NCBI GenBank assembly: GCA_048013815.1
Contig: CM106585.1
Span: 3,162,001-3,226,000 of the forward strand
DNA length: 64,000 nucleotides
DNA from: Setoptus koraiensis
Taxonomy: Eukaryota; Animalia; Arthropoda
Direction of reading: 5' to 3'
Within the stretch, counting starts at the first letter, position 1, and every line of letters starts with the position of its first letter. Below are positions 46,640 through 57,774 of this stretch, one piece after another. Position numbers and translations under genes: made by a program. Below the pieces are notes generated by a model. That model worked only from the letters and a program-made list of their open reading frames with translations, did no database searches and was not told where the DNA came from.

Positions 46640-48091
46640 TCAACTCTTGGTATCGTCGTCATCTTCCTCCGACTGTTGAACGACGTGTGCTATTATCGGT
46701 CTGTTTCTGTACCTCCTGGCAACGATCCAAGATGCTATGCAGACTAATCCCGTAAGCAATATAACAGCCAAAGCTTGTTGTGTCTTGGTGAGCATGTTTT
46801 GCGTGTCCAGCAACATATTTTCTTGTGATTCCCATGTATATGATAGACTGTCTAAATCAATCGTAGGATTGAATTTAAACTTGACCATTTCTAGTAACTC
46901 CCTCATAGGTGCCAGATCTTGTTTGAGGTGTATCTGTCCAAACTCGTAGGTGTGGCCTTCAATCATTACTGGCACATTAAGAGCCAATTTAAATGGTTTT
47001 ACAGGGCACGGATATGTCTGGTTATACACTGATACGTTATAGGGATAGCAATAAATTACCAACCCATCTATATCCTGTAAAACCTGAATCGCATCGTGCG
47101 GGGTCAGCTTACTCTTGGGCAACTTTCTTGTTATCTTCCATTGATCGCTTTGTACAAGGTTATCGATACACTCAAGGTGTGGTGATAGGTACGCCATATT
47201 TCCATTAATTTCCAGATGACCCACCTGTGTTAAAATAGCACAGCTTTTGTTCGTATTGAAAACAAAAGTCTTGGGACCATGATACTCGATTACATCATAG
47301 AAGGTTCCGTTTTCCCTGAGTACTCTAAAAGGCTGAATTTTCATGATTTTCAAATGTTTGCTCATTAAATTAATAGTAAATTCTAATTCGGCTTGACTTC
47401 TTAATTCATCTAACCGACAACTCAACGGTTTTCCCGAATTGAGGAGGCAATCCCCAGAGCAATATGTGTTGAGCGGGATGATGCTAAATATTGCAGGGTT
47501 CAGGATATCCCTGTCCCAATCTCTCCCAATCGCCTCCAACATCATTTTCAGAGTAGTTAATCTGGCTATAGCACTGGCCATGTGCATGGTTGCGTCATTA
47601 TTGTAATCTATATAGCGGTACAGTGTCTGATTGACTTGGTCTACTCTCATAGCTAAATTCTTTAAATTTTGGTCTTGCGTTTTTACTGTCCCCATCACGT
47701 CTTGTATAACGCTCTTCAAAATCAGGATCTCCTTGGTGGCGGCCTCGTGAGCTGAGTCTATTGAGTTAAATTTGATCTCATTTCTTATAGTGGTTGCTGC
47801 TGTTGCCAAAAAATTGAACGCTACCGAGCCTATTAGTATTGCTGGTGCCAACAATAATGGGACTATCCGTTTTATCCTGAGATGAAACGCTCTCGGCTCC
47901 GCTACGATTTCTCGTTTACTTTTCTTCTTATTCTTGTTGTTGAATATTTCTCGAATTGCAGTAATCAAAGGGTCGGTCGGTTTCAATTTTAGACTATTGA
48001 ACTTCGTTATAAAGTCCGCATCGGTTTCCACATTGTCATGGTCTCGTTGATGCGTAACTGATCCGTGACTCTCCCCCCTACCGCCTTGCAA
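46640..48091 (-). CDS. env: G3 env-like glycoprotein (frameshifted from the polyprotein)
   Basis: RIKR site followed by hydrophobic IVPLLLAPAILIGSVAFNFLA, heptads, IYCYPYNVSVYNQTYPCPV and TM (ALAVILLTGLVCIASWIVA). Confidence 0.85.
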   Translation of the reverse strand: MQGGRGESHGSVTHQRDHDNVETDADFITKFNSLKLKPTDPLITAIREIFNNKNKKKSKREIVAEPRAFHLRIKRIVPLLLAPAILIGSVAFNFLATAATTIRNEIKFNSIDSAHEAATKEILILKSVIQDVMGTVKTQDQNLKNLAMRVDQVNQTLYRYIDYNNDATMHMASAIARLTTLKMMLEAIGRDWDRDILNPAIFSIIPLNTYCSGDCLLNSGKPLSCRLDELRSQAELEFTINLMSKHLKIMKIQPFRVLRENGTFYDVIEYHGPKTFVFNTNKSCAILTQVGHLEINGNMAYLSPHLECIDNLVQSDQWKITRKLPKSKLTPHDAIQVLQDIDGLVIYCYPYNVSVYNQTYPCPVKPFKLALNVPVMIEGHTYEFGQIHLKQDLAPMRELLEMVKFKFNPTIDLDSLSYTWESQENMLLDTQNMLTKTQQALAVILLTGLVCIASWIVARRYRNRPIIAHVVQQSEEDDDDTKS

Positions 48092-51000
48092 AATCCTCTC
48101 AACGGCGTTTTAAGATCTTCTTCAATCATTTTGTAACAAAAATTAATACTCTGATTGATAGATTCCTTAGATCCCATCATATGTGTTTCCAGTGACCCAC
48201 AAGGATCTTCGTAGTTTAAAACGACAACTGCTCGCTGGTAACCAGTAATTACGTTCTCTCCGGTTGATTTGTAAGTTATAAAATTTGTTAATGTAAATGG
48301 TCCGTCCGCGATGCTCCCTGCTACAAGACACATGAACAACATGATTTGGAGTACATTTCTCCCCAATTTTTCATATACCAGCGTCTTCGGAGCAAACCTA
48401 ACTCTTGAGGAGCGTCTTGGTGTTGCCGCTACACTAGTTTCATTGGAGCCGTCTGCCTCCTCATTAGAGGGACTAGACAATGGTGTTTCGTACACATCAT
48501 CAGATGAATGGTCCTCCTCCAGTGCCTCTTCTCTTATTATCGTGTCGTCATCACCGTCATCTAGTTCCACCGCGCTACTAGATTCTCCGCCCTCTTCCAG
48601 CGAGAAAGACGCGTTTTCCGTACTGTTTATTACCCACTCTGGAAATACTTCTTGATCATCTTCTACCTCTTCGTTGTCATCGCCAGTTACTTCCTCAGCG
48701 ATAAGTTCCTCGCTGAGTTCACCATAATTTATGTACTCTGACTCTAGTCCATTGATGACATCGCCGTCGCAATCCTGTTCTTCGGTCTCATCTGGATCAT
48801 GCTGTGTCGCAATTTGATCTGGCAAGTTCCTCACGTGAAATTTCTTCATTCTCGAAATGTGAACCGAGTCCTTTTTTGTTTTTGTACCGTCTTGACTCCT
48901 CACTTCATATACCAACGGAGATATCTGTCTTAAAACTATGAATGGACCTCTCCATCGATGCAGGAGTTTTGTCGACATGCCCACCTTTCTTACTGGCGTG
49001 AATACCAGAACCAAATCTCCTGTTTTGAACTCAAAGCTTTTTCGCCGCGTATCGTGTTGCGCCTTCTGTCGTAGTGACGCTCTTTTGTTATTGTCCGCTG
49101 CTATCCCCTTTGCCTGGGTCAAAAACTGAAGCATACTTTCAATATACTGGTCTTGAGCTTCCACCCCCGTGGTTTTGTGGACGTACGCTGAGTCAAAGGG
49201 GAGCTTTAATTCCCTACCGTAAACTAAGAATGCTGGTGCATAACCTGTTGATTCCTGCACAGAGGTGTTATAGGCCATGGTCAAAAAGGGTATGCTTACA
49301 TCCCAATCGTCTTGTCGAACGTTGGTTTGTTTGGCAATCATGGTGGCAAACGTTTTATTGGCTCTTTCAGTTAACCCATTGCACTGGGGATGGTATGCTG
49401 TGGTCCTAATGTGTTTCGACGATACTAACGCAAAGATGTTTTCGGCTAATCTTGAGCAAAAGTTACTTCCCCTGTCTGACAAAATTCTTAACGGGCTGCC
49501 ATGCCTACACACGATGTCCTCCACAAAAAATTTCGCTACATCCCAGGTGGTCGCGGACCTCAACGCTTTGCATTCAACATATTTGGTAAAGTAGTCTGTA
49601 GCTAGGACTATCCATTTATTCCCGCTGCTTGACGTTTTGAATGGGCCCATCATATCGATGCCGACTAATTCGAACGGCCCTCCTGTGTTTATGGGTACTA
49701 ATTGTCCCGCCGTTAATGTCGTGGGACTATTTTTTGTCTGACAGTCCACGCAGGTTTTCACATAGTGCGCTACCTTTTCATACATTTTGTCAAAGTAAAA
49801 TCGCTCTGCCACTCGTCTCATAGTTTTAGTTCTACCGAGGTGGCCTCCAAACGGGTCATCGTGGCAGGCTCTGAGAATGTCAATTATCCTTGTTTGCGGA
49901 ACACATATAACCAATTTCGGCCCCGTTCCTGTGTCTATTGCTCTGTGTAATACATTGTTGATCAGAACGAATTTTTGGTCAACTCCTTCATTTCTACCAT
50001 CGTCACTCATCCCACTTATGATTTTATTTAGTTGTTCGTCCTCTCTTTGCTCATTGATAAAGTCAATCGGGAGTTCCGCCTCTACGGCATTGCAATGTAA
50101 TGTATTTCGGGAAACATAATCGGCGTCTTCATGATGACGGCCGCTACGATATTTTACTTCATAGTTGTGGCTTTGTAGCTCTAATGCCCATCGAATCAGC
50201 CTAGGCGGCAACTGTCGTTTATTTTTGATCCAGCATAATGCGACATGGTCGGTGACGATAATGAACTTACTGCCACTAAGAAAGTGTGATAACTTTTTAA
50301 TAGCCCAAACTGCTGCTAATAACTCCTTCTCTGTAATTGTGTAATTTACTTCCGCTTTTTTCAATGATCTGCTTATGTAATAAACCGGGTGATACCCATC
50401 GTCATATTCCTGCAACAGGATTGCTCCTATGCCATCGTTGCACGCATCCGTACGGAGCTCAATAGGTAATTTCTCATTGAAATGTCGTAATACAGGATAT
50501 TCGCAGAGTTTCTTCTTGATCAGATCGAAAGCCCATTGCTCCTTTTCTCCCCAGCTAAATTCTCGGCCCTTCTTTGTTAATTCGTGCAAGGGCCCCGCAA
50601 TAGTAGAGAAGTCCTTAATAAACTTTCGATAGTAAGAACTCGAACCTAAAAATTGTCTAACTTCTTTGACCGAAGCAGGTGCTAGTTTATCCGCGATTCC
50701 CGCCACCTTTGATTTGTCCATCGCTATGCCTTGACCGTTAACAACGTGACCCAGAAACTCAATCTCCTCGATACCAAACTTGCATTTAGACGGTTGCAAT
50801 GTCAGGCCAGCCTCACAGATGGCACATAATACTTCATATAAGGAAACCAAGAAATTGTCAAACGTACTACCAAACACGATTATATCGTCCAGGTATACAA
50901 GACAGTGCTTATATTTTAGTTGTCCTAAAATGATGTCCATTGCTCTCTGAAATGTTGGGGGAGCATTCATCAAACCCATTGGCATGACTTTAAACTCAAA

Positions 51001-52848
51001 CAACCCATCATGTGTTATTATAGCCGTCTTCTTCTGGTCGATGCTCCTAATTGGCACTTGATAGTAGCCAGAGTTCATATCAAGAGCTGCATAAAATTTG
51101 GTATCTGTTAACGCACTCAATAAATCGTCAATATTTGGTAATGGATAATTATCCCGCTCAGTTACTGCGTTCAACGCCCTGTAGTCACAACAAATTCTGG
51201 TTTTCCCATTCTTTTTCTGTACTAACACGACTGGGGAACTCCAGGGAGAATTTGAGGGTATAATAATTCCCAATTTTAACCACTCAGAGATCTGCTTCTG
51301 AATTTCCCTGCGCTGTGCCGGAGAGTATCGATAAGGATGTTGGCGTACCGGTGCGACGTCTTTTGTTCTAATAGCATGTTCCAAGATTTCGGTGGACCCT
51401 AACTGGCCATTGAATGCGAACATTGCGTCGAAACCTCGCAGTAATTGCACCAAACACCCACTCTGTTCTTCGGTTAAATTGTCACCAATTTCGAGGGTTT
51501 GACCCTTCCTTAATTCTACATGCTTGGTTTCAGCGTTAACCGCATTTACGTTGACTTCCACCACCGCTCCTACCCCAAGACCTGAAGGGGATTTAGAGTA
51601 GCTAACATCCTTTTGTTTTGGTGCTTTCAAGAATAATTCGCCCATTTCATAATTTACGATCGCTCCTGTTGCAGAGGCAAAATTACTTCCTAAAAGGGCC
51701 AAGTAACTCATCTGCTTGACAATAATGAACGTTATAATCACTTCATGTATTTCCTGGTCGGCTCGATACTTCACTTCGACGTCTACCTCGCCAACTGTTT
51801 CTAATATTGTCTTCCCTACGCTGGTGATTTTGTACAACGTGTACGGCCGCTTCCTTACATTTAATTGTTCTGCTAAGTCCAGCCGCATTAGTGAGACTGC
51901 CGATCCTGTGTCGAACAGACACTTCACATCTACTTCATGGATTGTTACATCCAACATTATCAGCCCGACCTGTCTATTGTTATTGCTGCGCCAGTTCGCG
52001 CTGGCACTGCCTGCCGAGCTTCGTTCGTTACTATTCGACCGGTACTTGACAGCTGTGTTTTCACCAATGTGGGATCCGACCGCGTTACTGTTTTGATGAT
52101 ACGGGCAATAACGGGCAATGTGACCGTATGCTCCGCATGAATAACATCTTGGTCGACCTTGTGCGGTTCGGCTCGGAAATGATTGTTGCTCTCTGTTAAA
52201 TGACGGCGAACTTGCCCTTGCTGCAAAATTTCTACGGATAGCCTCCGGGTTGGAGGCAGTCTCGTTGACTGGTTCGGGGTTGGTGCGTAACCGCGACTCA
52301 ACTTGCTTCGCTAATCGCAACAAACTTTCGTAGTCAACAATGTCTGCTCCTAATAACGCATTCCTGTACTCAGGCCGCATTCCTTTTATAACTTTGTTCA
52401 CGAAGTCTCCAAGATCCAAATTTTTGTTTACTCTATTGGCAAGATGTTTTTTACTAGTGATGTAACTTATCATTGTCTCAGCCGCTCCCTGTCGTCTTTC
52501 TTCGAATTTTTTCTGGTTATGCGCTTTCTCGTCTCCCTCCATGTAATGGTTCATGAGCATTGTTTTGGCCGTTCCCCAGTTTATCAACTTTCCTTCTTTA
52601 TCTAGTTTCCCTTGGATATCATCCTTGAAGAACTCTCTTGCGGAACCTGCTAAGTGCACCGGCAGCTTCCTTAGCTTGATTTCTTCGGACCAATTGAACG
52701 AGTCTGCAATCGTTTCGAAATCGTCCAACCAATTGATAATATCATTGTCGGCCTCTCCCTTAAAGGGGCTCAGTCGGGTAGTTGGAATAAGCCCGGTGTT
52801 AACTGATTGTTCAGCCTCACTTGTTTCCGGCGGAAGTTTAGGCGGCAT
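48007..52848 (-). CDS. pol: G3 gag-pol-env(N-terminal) polyprotein, 1613 aa
   Basis: Gag WLDDFE..A....W; CYSCGAYGHIARYC; LFDTGS; LDMNSGYYQ/YLDD; TDAC; HDDPFGGH, IDMMGP, SDRG, ERAN, GPF; acidic spacer; signal peptide at ~48360. Confidence 0.95.
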   Translation of the reverse strand: MPPKLPPETSEAEQSVNTGLIPTTRLSPFKGEADNDIINWLDDFETIADSFNWSEEIKLRKLPVHLAGSAREFFKDDIQGKLDKEGKLINWGTAKTMLMNHYMEGDEKAHNQKKFEERRQGAAETMISYITSKKHLANRVNKNLDLGDFVNKVIKGMRPEYRNALLGADIVDYESLLRLAKQVESRLRTNPEPVNETASNPEAIRRNFAARASSPSFNREQQSFPSRTAQGRPRCYSCGAYGHIARYCPYHQNSNAVGSHIGENTAVKYRSNSNERSSAGSASANWRSNNNRQVGLIMLDVTIHEVDVKCLFDTGSAVSLMRLDLAEQLNVRKRPYTLYKITSVGKTILETVGEVDVEVKYRADQEIHEVIITFIIVKQMSYLALLGSNFASATGAIVNYEMGELFLKAPKQKDVSYSKSPSGLGVGAVVEVNVNAVNAETKHVELRKGQTLEIGDNLTEEQSGCLVQLLRGFDAMFAFNGQLGSTEILEHAIRTKDVAPVRQHPYRYSPAQRREIQKQISEWLKLGIIIPSNSPWSSPVVLVQKKNGKTRICCDYRALNAVTERDNYPLPNIDDLLSALTDTKFYAALDMNSGYYQVPIRSIDQKKTAIITHDGLFEFKVMPMGLMNAPPTFQRAMDIILGQLKYKHCLVYLDDIIVFGSTFDNFLVSLYEVLCAICEAGLTLQPSKCKFGIEEIEFLGHVVNGQGIAMDKSKVAGIADKLAPASVKEVRQFLGSSSYYRKFIKDFSTIAGPLHELTKKGREFSWGEKEQWAFDLIKKKLCEYPVLRHFNEKLPIELRTDACNDGIGAILLQEYDDGYHPVYYISRSLKKAEVNYTITEKELLAAVWAIKKLSHFLSGSKFIIVTDHVALCWIKNKRQLPPRLIRWALELQSHNYEVKYRSGRHHEDADYVSRNTLHCNAVEAELPIDFINEQREDEQLNKIISGMSDDGRNEGVDQKFVLINNVLHRAIDTGTGPKLVICVPQTRIIDILRACHDDPFGGHLGRTKTMRRVAERFYFDKMYEKVAHYVKTCVDCQTKNSPTTLTAGQLVPINTGGPFELVGIDMMGPFKTSSSGNKWIVLATDYFTKYVECKALRSATTWDVAKFFVEDIVCRHGSPLRILSDRGSNFCSRLAENIFALVSSKHIRTTAYHPQCNGLTERANKTFATMIAKQTNVRQDDWDVSIPFLTMAYNTSVQESTGYAPAFLVYGRELKLPFDSAYVHKTTGVEAQDQYIESMLQFLTQAKGIAADNNKRASLRQKAQHDTRRKSFEFKTGDLVLVFTPVRKVGMSTKLLHRWRGPFIVLRQISPLVYEVRSQDGTKTKKDSVHISRMKKFHVRNLPDQIATQHDPDETEEQDCDGDVINGLESEYINYGELSEELIAEEVTGDDNEEVEDDQEVFPEWVINSTENASFSLEEGGESSSAVELDDGDDDTIIREEALEEDHSSDDVYETPLSSPSNEEADGSNETSVAATPRRSSRVRFAPKTLVYEKLGRNVLQIMLFMCLVAGSIADGPFTLTNFITYKSTGENVITGYQRAVVVLNYEDPCGSLETHMMGSKESINQSINFCYKMIEEDLKTPLRGFCKAVGGRVTDQLRINETMTMWKPMRTL

Positions 52849-53883
52849 CGTCCAAACTAATTAACAATAAGAAGTATTCTTTACAAGTCCTTAATAATTC
52901 CTTCTCCGCTTCCTTTGTACTATGACTGTCTTTGTAATACTGGTTAGATAGTATCGATGTGTTACTAAATAGTTCCCAGGGGGCGTTTTGTATAAACAGT
53001 AAGATTTCCCTTCTTTCCCAGCAATACAGTTTGTCCAACGTCGTTGTGGCCGTGCGCCGAACTGCCTCCAATTTACCAAATCCCAGTACTTTCTGTTGTA
53101 CGAGGAAGATGATGACAAAGAACAGTTTCAATACTCGGATCGCTTCTAAGACTTTGTCGATATGACTCGTTTCTTCTAGTGTTTTCACAATTCGCAACCA
53201 AATATAAATTTTAGAGTGATCGATGGCTGATATTGGTGCCTGACGGATCAGAGCTCCGTTTTTTCGCAGGAAATATAGTTCCAGAATTCGGTGTCAAAAT
53301 CTTGAGCTTGTTCACGACAAACGTGATCAAGGTATTCACTCAATAAGATCGGTGCTTTGCTCTCTGTACTTTGCTCTTCTTGCTGTCCTTGCTCTACTTG
53401 CACTTCTAATGTATCCTCTAGCTCACAATAACTATGTGATTCGATGTTGTCTATGATACTTGATGACTGTTCTACACTGCTATAACTTGATGTATCCGAG
53501 ATATCCGAATATACGAGGTCGGTAACGTTCTGAGTAAGCACCTCAAAATTAAGTTTACTCAAATAAACTGTTTTCTTGCTGTTTGCGGTTTTAAGCGCTT
53601 GGTACCACGCTTTATTCAAGTAATAGATGTTACCTTCAGAACAATATATTTCAAGTGTTCGCACTTCTTCTAATTCTATTGCACGATAACCTGTGATCTT
53701 GACTATTTGCTGGTCGGGTTCCTTTAGCTGTACGAATAGTTTTTCAAACTGCTCTTGGATTTTATTTTCTTCGGATACTTCACAGTGTTTGTCGAGACAC
53801 GCAGCCTCAATAGAAGCGAAAATTATTTCTAATTGGTTTATCGCCTTTACAATACTAGTGGTAAGTTCGTGTTCCACACTCAC
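52838..53883 (-). other. Two stop-free reading frames (53248-53883 and 52838-53197) in the G3 leader, lacking ATG
   Basis: 211- and 119-codon frames between the PBS and gag; the track starts are GTG and TTG; no recognisable domain. Confidence 0.35.
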
Positions 53884-54069
53884 TCGTTAATATTCAATCT
53901 TAGTTCGCAGACTGGCTAAGTATAGATCAATCTCCATAAGATTTCACACTTGCTTTAATCTTCGAGCACTGTCACTTCCTACACAATTATAGTCACTATT
54001 CACTGTATTTTCGATTTGATTCTCTATCTTCTTTCTTTTCTTCCCTTTTTCTTGAACACTTCTCTCTCA

Positions 54070-54088
54070 CATCCACCCGTTGACGCCA
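54070..54088 (-). promoter_or_regulatory. Primer-binding site of G3
   Basis: TGGCGTCAACGGGTGGATG on the minus strand, 3 nt from the LTR end. Confidence 0.7.
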
Positions 54089-54091
54089 AAA

Positions 54092-54366
54092 TGTAGCAGG
54101 ATACACTCAAGTTATTTCTATTCACCCTTTATTTCTTGATTATTATAATTACTTATTTATTATGATTGTAATAATTTGCTAAAAGATGCCTCTTTCTGTG
54201 TACAAAGCCCTTTTATATCTTTTGTTCAGACAGTAGCAGACGCTACTGTCTGATGACGTCTGCTCTTATCAACACATCACATCTCCTTGTGGCTTGCGCA
54301 ACTCGCGCCATGCCACAATGGTCTCAATGACATCTTGATAACTCGTCCCGATGCCTACTCGTCACT
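54092..54366 (-). repeat. G3 5' LTR
   Basis: Matches 46334-46608 with 2-3 substitutions; abuts the gap. Confidence 0.9.
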
Positions 54367-54367
54367 A

Positions 54368-54867
54368 NNNNNNNNNNNNNNNNNNNNNNNNNNNNNNNNN
54401 NNNNNNNNNNNNNNNNNNNNNNNNNNNNNNNNNNNNNNNNNNNNNNNNNNNNNNNNNNNNNNNNNNNNNNNNNNNNNNNNNNNNNNNNNNNNNNNNNNNN
54501 NNNNNNNNNNNNNNNNNNNNNNNNNNNNNNNNNNNNNNNNNNNNNNNNNNNNNNNNNNNNNNNNNNNNNNNNNNNNNNNNNNNNNNNNNNNNNNNNNNNN
54601 NNNNNNNNNNNNNNNNNNNNNNNNNNNNNNNNNNNNNNNNNNNNNNNNNNNNNNNNNNNNNNNNNNNNNNNNNNNNNNNNNNNNNNNNNNNNNNNNNNNN
54701 NNNNNNNNNNNNNNNNNNNNNNNNNNNNNNNNNNNNNNNNNNNNNNNNNNNNNNNNNNNNNNNNNNNNNNNNNNNNNNNNNNNNNNNNNNNNNNNNNNNN
54801 NNNNNNNNNNNNNNNNNNNNNNNNNNNNNNNNNNNNNNNNNNNNNNNNNNNNNNNNNNNNNNNNNNN
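54368..54867. other. Assembly gap (500 N)
   Basis: Run of N. Confidence 1.
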
Positions 54868-55290
54868 CTACTCTTGTCTAGTTTTATCTACACTAGCATT
54901 AACAGTGCTGAGAAGCAGAAGTCATTCTGACTAGCTTCTACTGTTCTACAATCTTCTATTTCTGACGCCTCCAGCTTCCAATGCACTAGATCCGGATTGT
55001 ATACAGCTAGCCTTCTGCTGTGCTAAATTCATCTAGTGAGCATCTCAGCATTGAGCGTGCTAATCGCGTCTAGTTAGTTTTCGCGCGCATAGCATTCTGT
55101 GTGCTAAATTTAACTAATCAACATTGTAAGCTTTGAGTGTTCTAAATTTATCTAGTTTATTTCTCACAGTACAGCTTACACCGTGCTATTGTATTTCTAG
55201 TTAAAAAAAGTACTGATTTGTTCCACCACGTGAATAAACGTATCCATCCGAACCCACATCAATAGCTACTTAATTAAAATTAAGCGCTAA
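54868..55290 (-). mobile_element. HINE 5' part
   Basis: Reverse complement of 1-270; ends CTTAATTAAAATTAAGCGCTAA. Confidence 0.75.
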
Positions 55291-56325
55291 AAATCGTGAA
55301 TTTTGTGAGAAACAGAACAGAAGGCTTTGACGATCATCGGTAGTCTGTGAGCCCAAAGCAAAAATACCCGACGTTCTTAAAGCATGTCACGATGACCCAT
55401 TTGGAGGGCATTTAGGAAGAAATAAAACAATGAAGCGGGTGGTGGAACGATTTTATCTTGATAAAAATGCGGAAAAGATCATGCAGTATGTAATAACGTG
55501 CTTAGATTATCAAACCAAGAACAGTCTGTCAACACTTACAGCGGGGCAACTGATGCCGATCAATACGGTTGGGCCATTTGAGATGATAGGCATCGACATG
55601 ATGGGGCCCTTCGAGACATCGGCTAATGGTAATAAGTGTATAGAGTTAGCGACAGATTATTTTACAAAATATGTGGAGTGCAAGGCTTTAAAGAGCGCTA
55701 CTACATGGGACGTCGCGAAGTTTTTCGTTGAAGACATTGTTTATCGACATGGGAGCCCTGTACGCATATTATCCGATCGAGGCTCAAACTTTCGTTCTAG
55801 AATAGCAGAAAATATTTACGCCTTGGTATCATCGAAACACGTAAGAACAACCGAACAACAACAAACGAACGTGAAGCAGGATGATTGGGTTATAAGTATC
55901 TCATTCTTAACCATGGCCTACAATACTTCACCCCAAGAATCAACTGGATATGCACCAGCTTTCTTAGTCTATGGTAGAGAATTAAAACTTCCCTTTGACC
56001 TGGCTTACATACATAAATCAACCGGATGCGCTTCGATTCTTGACACAAGCAAAAGAGATAGCAGTATGAAACAATCTAAGAGCGTCTCTGAAGCAAAAAG
56101 CTCAGTATGACAAACGTCGAAGAGAATATGAATTCAAAACTGGCGATCTTGTGTTGGTATTTGCGCCAGTTCGGAAGATAAGAATGTCGACGAAGCTACT
56201 TCATCGCTGGCAGGGCCTTTATGGGATTATTAAGCAATTTTCTCCCTTGGTATATGAAGGGGAGAGTCGGGGTAAGAGAAAGTCGAAAAAGGCGTCTGTT
56301 TACATATCCAGAATAAAAGAATTTC

Positions 56326-57319
56326 GGGTGTTCTCCGAAAAGACGACACACTCCGATTTCCTTCAAACTTTACACATGGGCCCCGAAGGGGCCCAAAAGA
56401 ACAAATAAAGTGGTCCGGAAGTGCGGAAATTTCTACTTCCGGAGATATAGAAAAATGCATTTTTCGGGCCTCGGAGGGGCCTCAGAGCGAAAATTTCTGT
56501 AAGATTGTCTAGGTCCACATGCTATCTATGTGACAAGCGTTGAGATAAATCTTCTACATCAACTCGTTCGCGAGATATTCTATAATAAGTACAAGTCACA
56601 CTCCCGGTTATGAAACTGATGTTATTCGGCTGTACTACCAACTAGTTACGGTCTCTAAAGCAAGTTCACACCCCATATAGAAGAAACCCGGCCCGATCAC
56701 GGGCCCCGCCCATTCGACTCCCAGTCCTCGGGAAGAATCTTTTTCAGTTAGGTGGCCGTCAGTCGTCCCGCCGGAGGCCGCAGGCCGTAGGCGTGGACGA
56801 CTGGAGGCCGAACCCCTTCTCCGGCCCGGGCCCAAGATGCATGGCAGAAGGAAGGGCTATTGTAATGCCTTGAACCCTGGCCCTGAACCTTTATTAGTAG
56901 GATTCCTGGCCGGGGCTAGGACGTCAGGCTTTGCCTGAGGTGTTACTCTTTTCCGGTAGTACGATCCCAAAAGTATGGGGTATATCCTTTAATTGATTAT
57001 GCGCAGTTTCAATTCGTGCCGTGCGCATCGGTCACGCCTCTTCAGTTTGACCGCTTTTATTTTCTTCCTTGAGCTTCTAGGTACAATCTACCACCGGTGC
57101 GAAGACCTTAGTACCCTTCCCGATGTCCGTGCGGGTGAGTACGGCCGACTATACCGTCAATATGCCCTCAAATACCCTAAAATACCCAGTATGCGGTACC
57201 TCGGGTATCTCGGGTACGGGAAATTTCCGCACTTCCGGAATACCCATTCCGGTATCAGGGCATCATACCCTACCCATAAATACCCAAATTGGGGTGTGTC
57301 GTCTTTTCGGAGAAGCCCC
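56326..57319. mobile_element. Merlin-like MITE family 2 (~994 bp)
   Basis: TIRs GGGTGTTCTCCGAAAAGACGACACAC and GTGTGTCGTCTTTTCGGAGAAGCCCC; degenerate 8-bp TSD AGAATTTC/GAAATTTC; shares CCGGAAGTGCGGAAA subterminal motifs with Merlin. Confidence 0.75.
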
Positions 57320-57774
57320 GAAATTTCATGAAAGAAATCTCTTTGACAAGGCGGGGTCATGCACAAGCACGAACAACACCAATAGGCAAGATACGGAGCA
57401 AAATTACGTAGCGGACGACACGCCTATCAATTCCCTGGAATCAGGTTCGACTGACGTAGTTGATGACGAACATAATACGGAAGAAATCTTAATGATGACG
57501 TAAGGACGGATGAAAAAGATGAAGGTGAAATGGACGCAGTGTGGAATGATGATACGTTAGAAAATTGGGAATCCTGGATCAGTAGTCTGTCACCCGTGCC
57601 TGAAAATGAATAACCAACAGCCGCAGTGGTAGAAGAACAGGACAGCAACGAATCAGTTACGTTGGTTGGAAAAGAGTTGTTGGAAGACGACCAGTCCTCG
57701 GATGAAATCTATGAAACTCCTATGGGCGTTCCTGATACCACGGAAACAATTGCACAGGAGGAGGGGGAACAAGT

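Larger units (their letters stand above)
46334..54367 (-). mobile_element. G3: full-length Ty3/Gypsy LTR retrotransposon with env-like region and long 5' leader
   Basis: Two ~275-bp LTRs differing at 2-3 positions, PBS and PPT (GGAGAGGAG). The outer flank of the 5' LTR falls in the gap, so the TSD cannot be checked. Confidence 0.95.
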
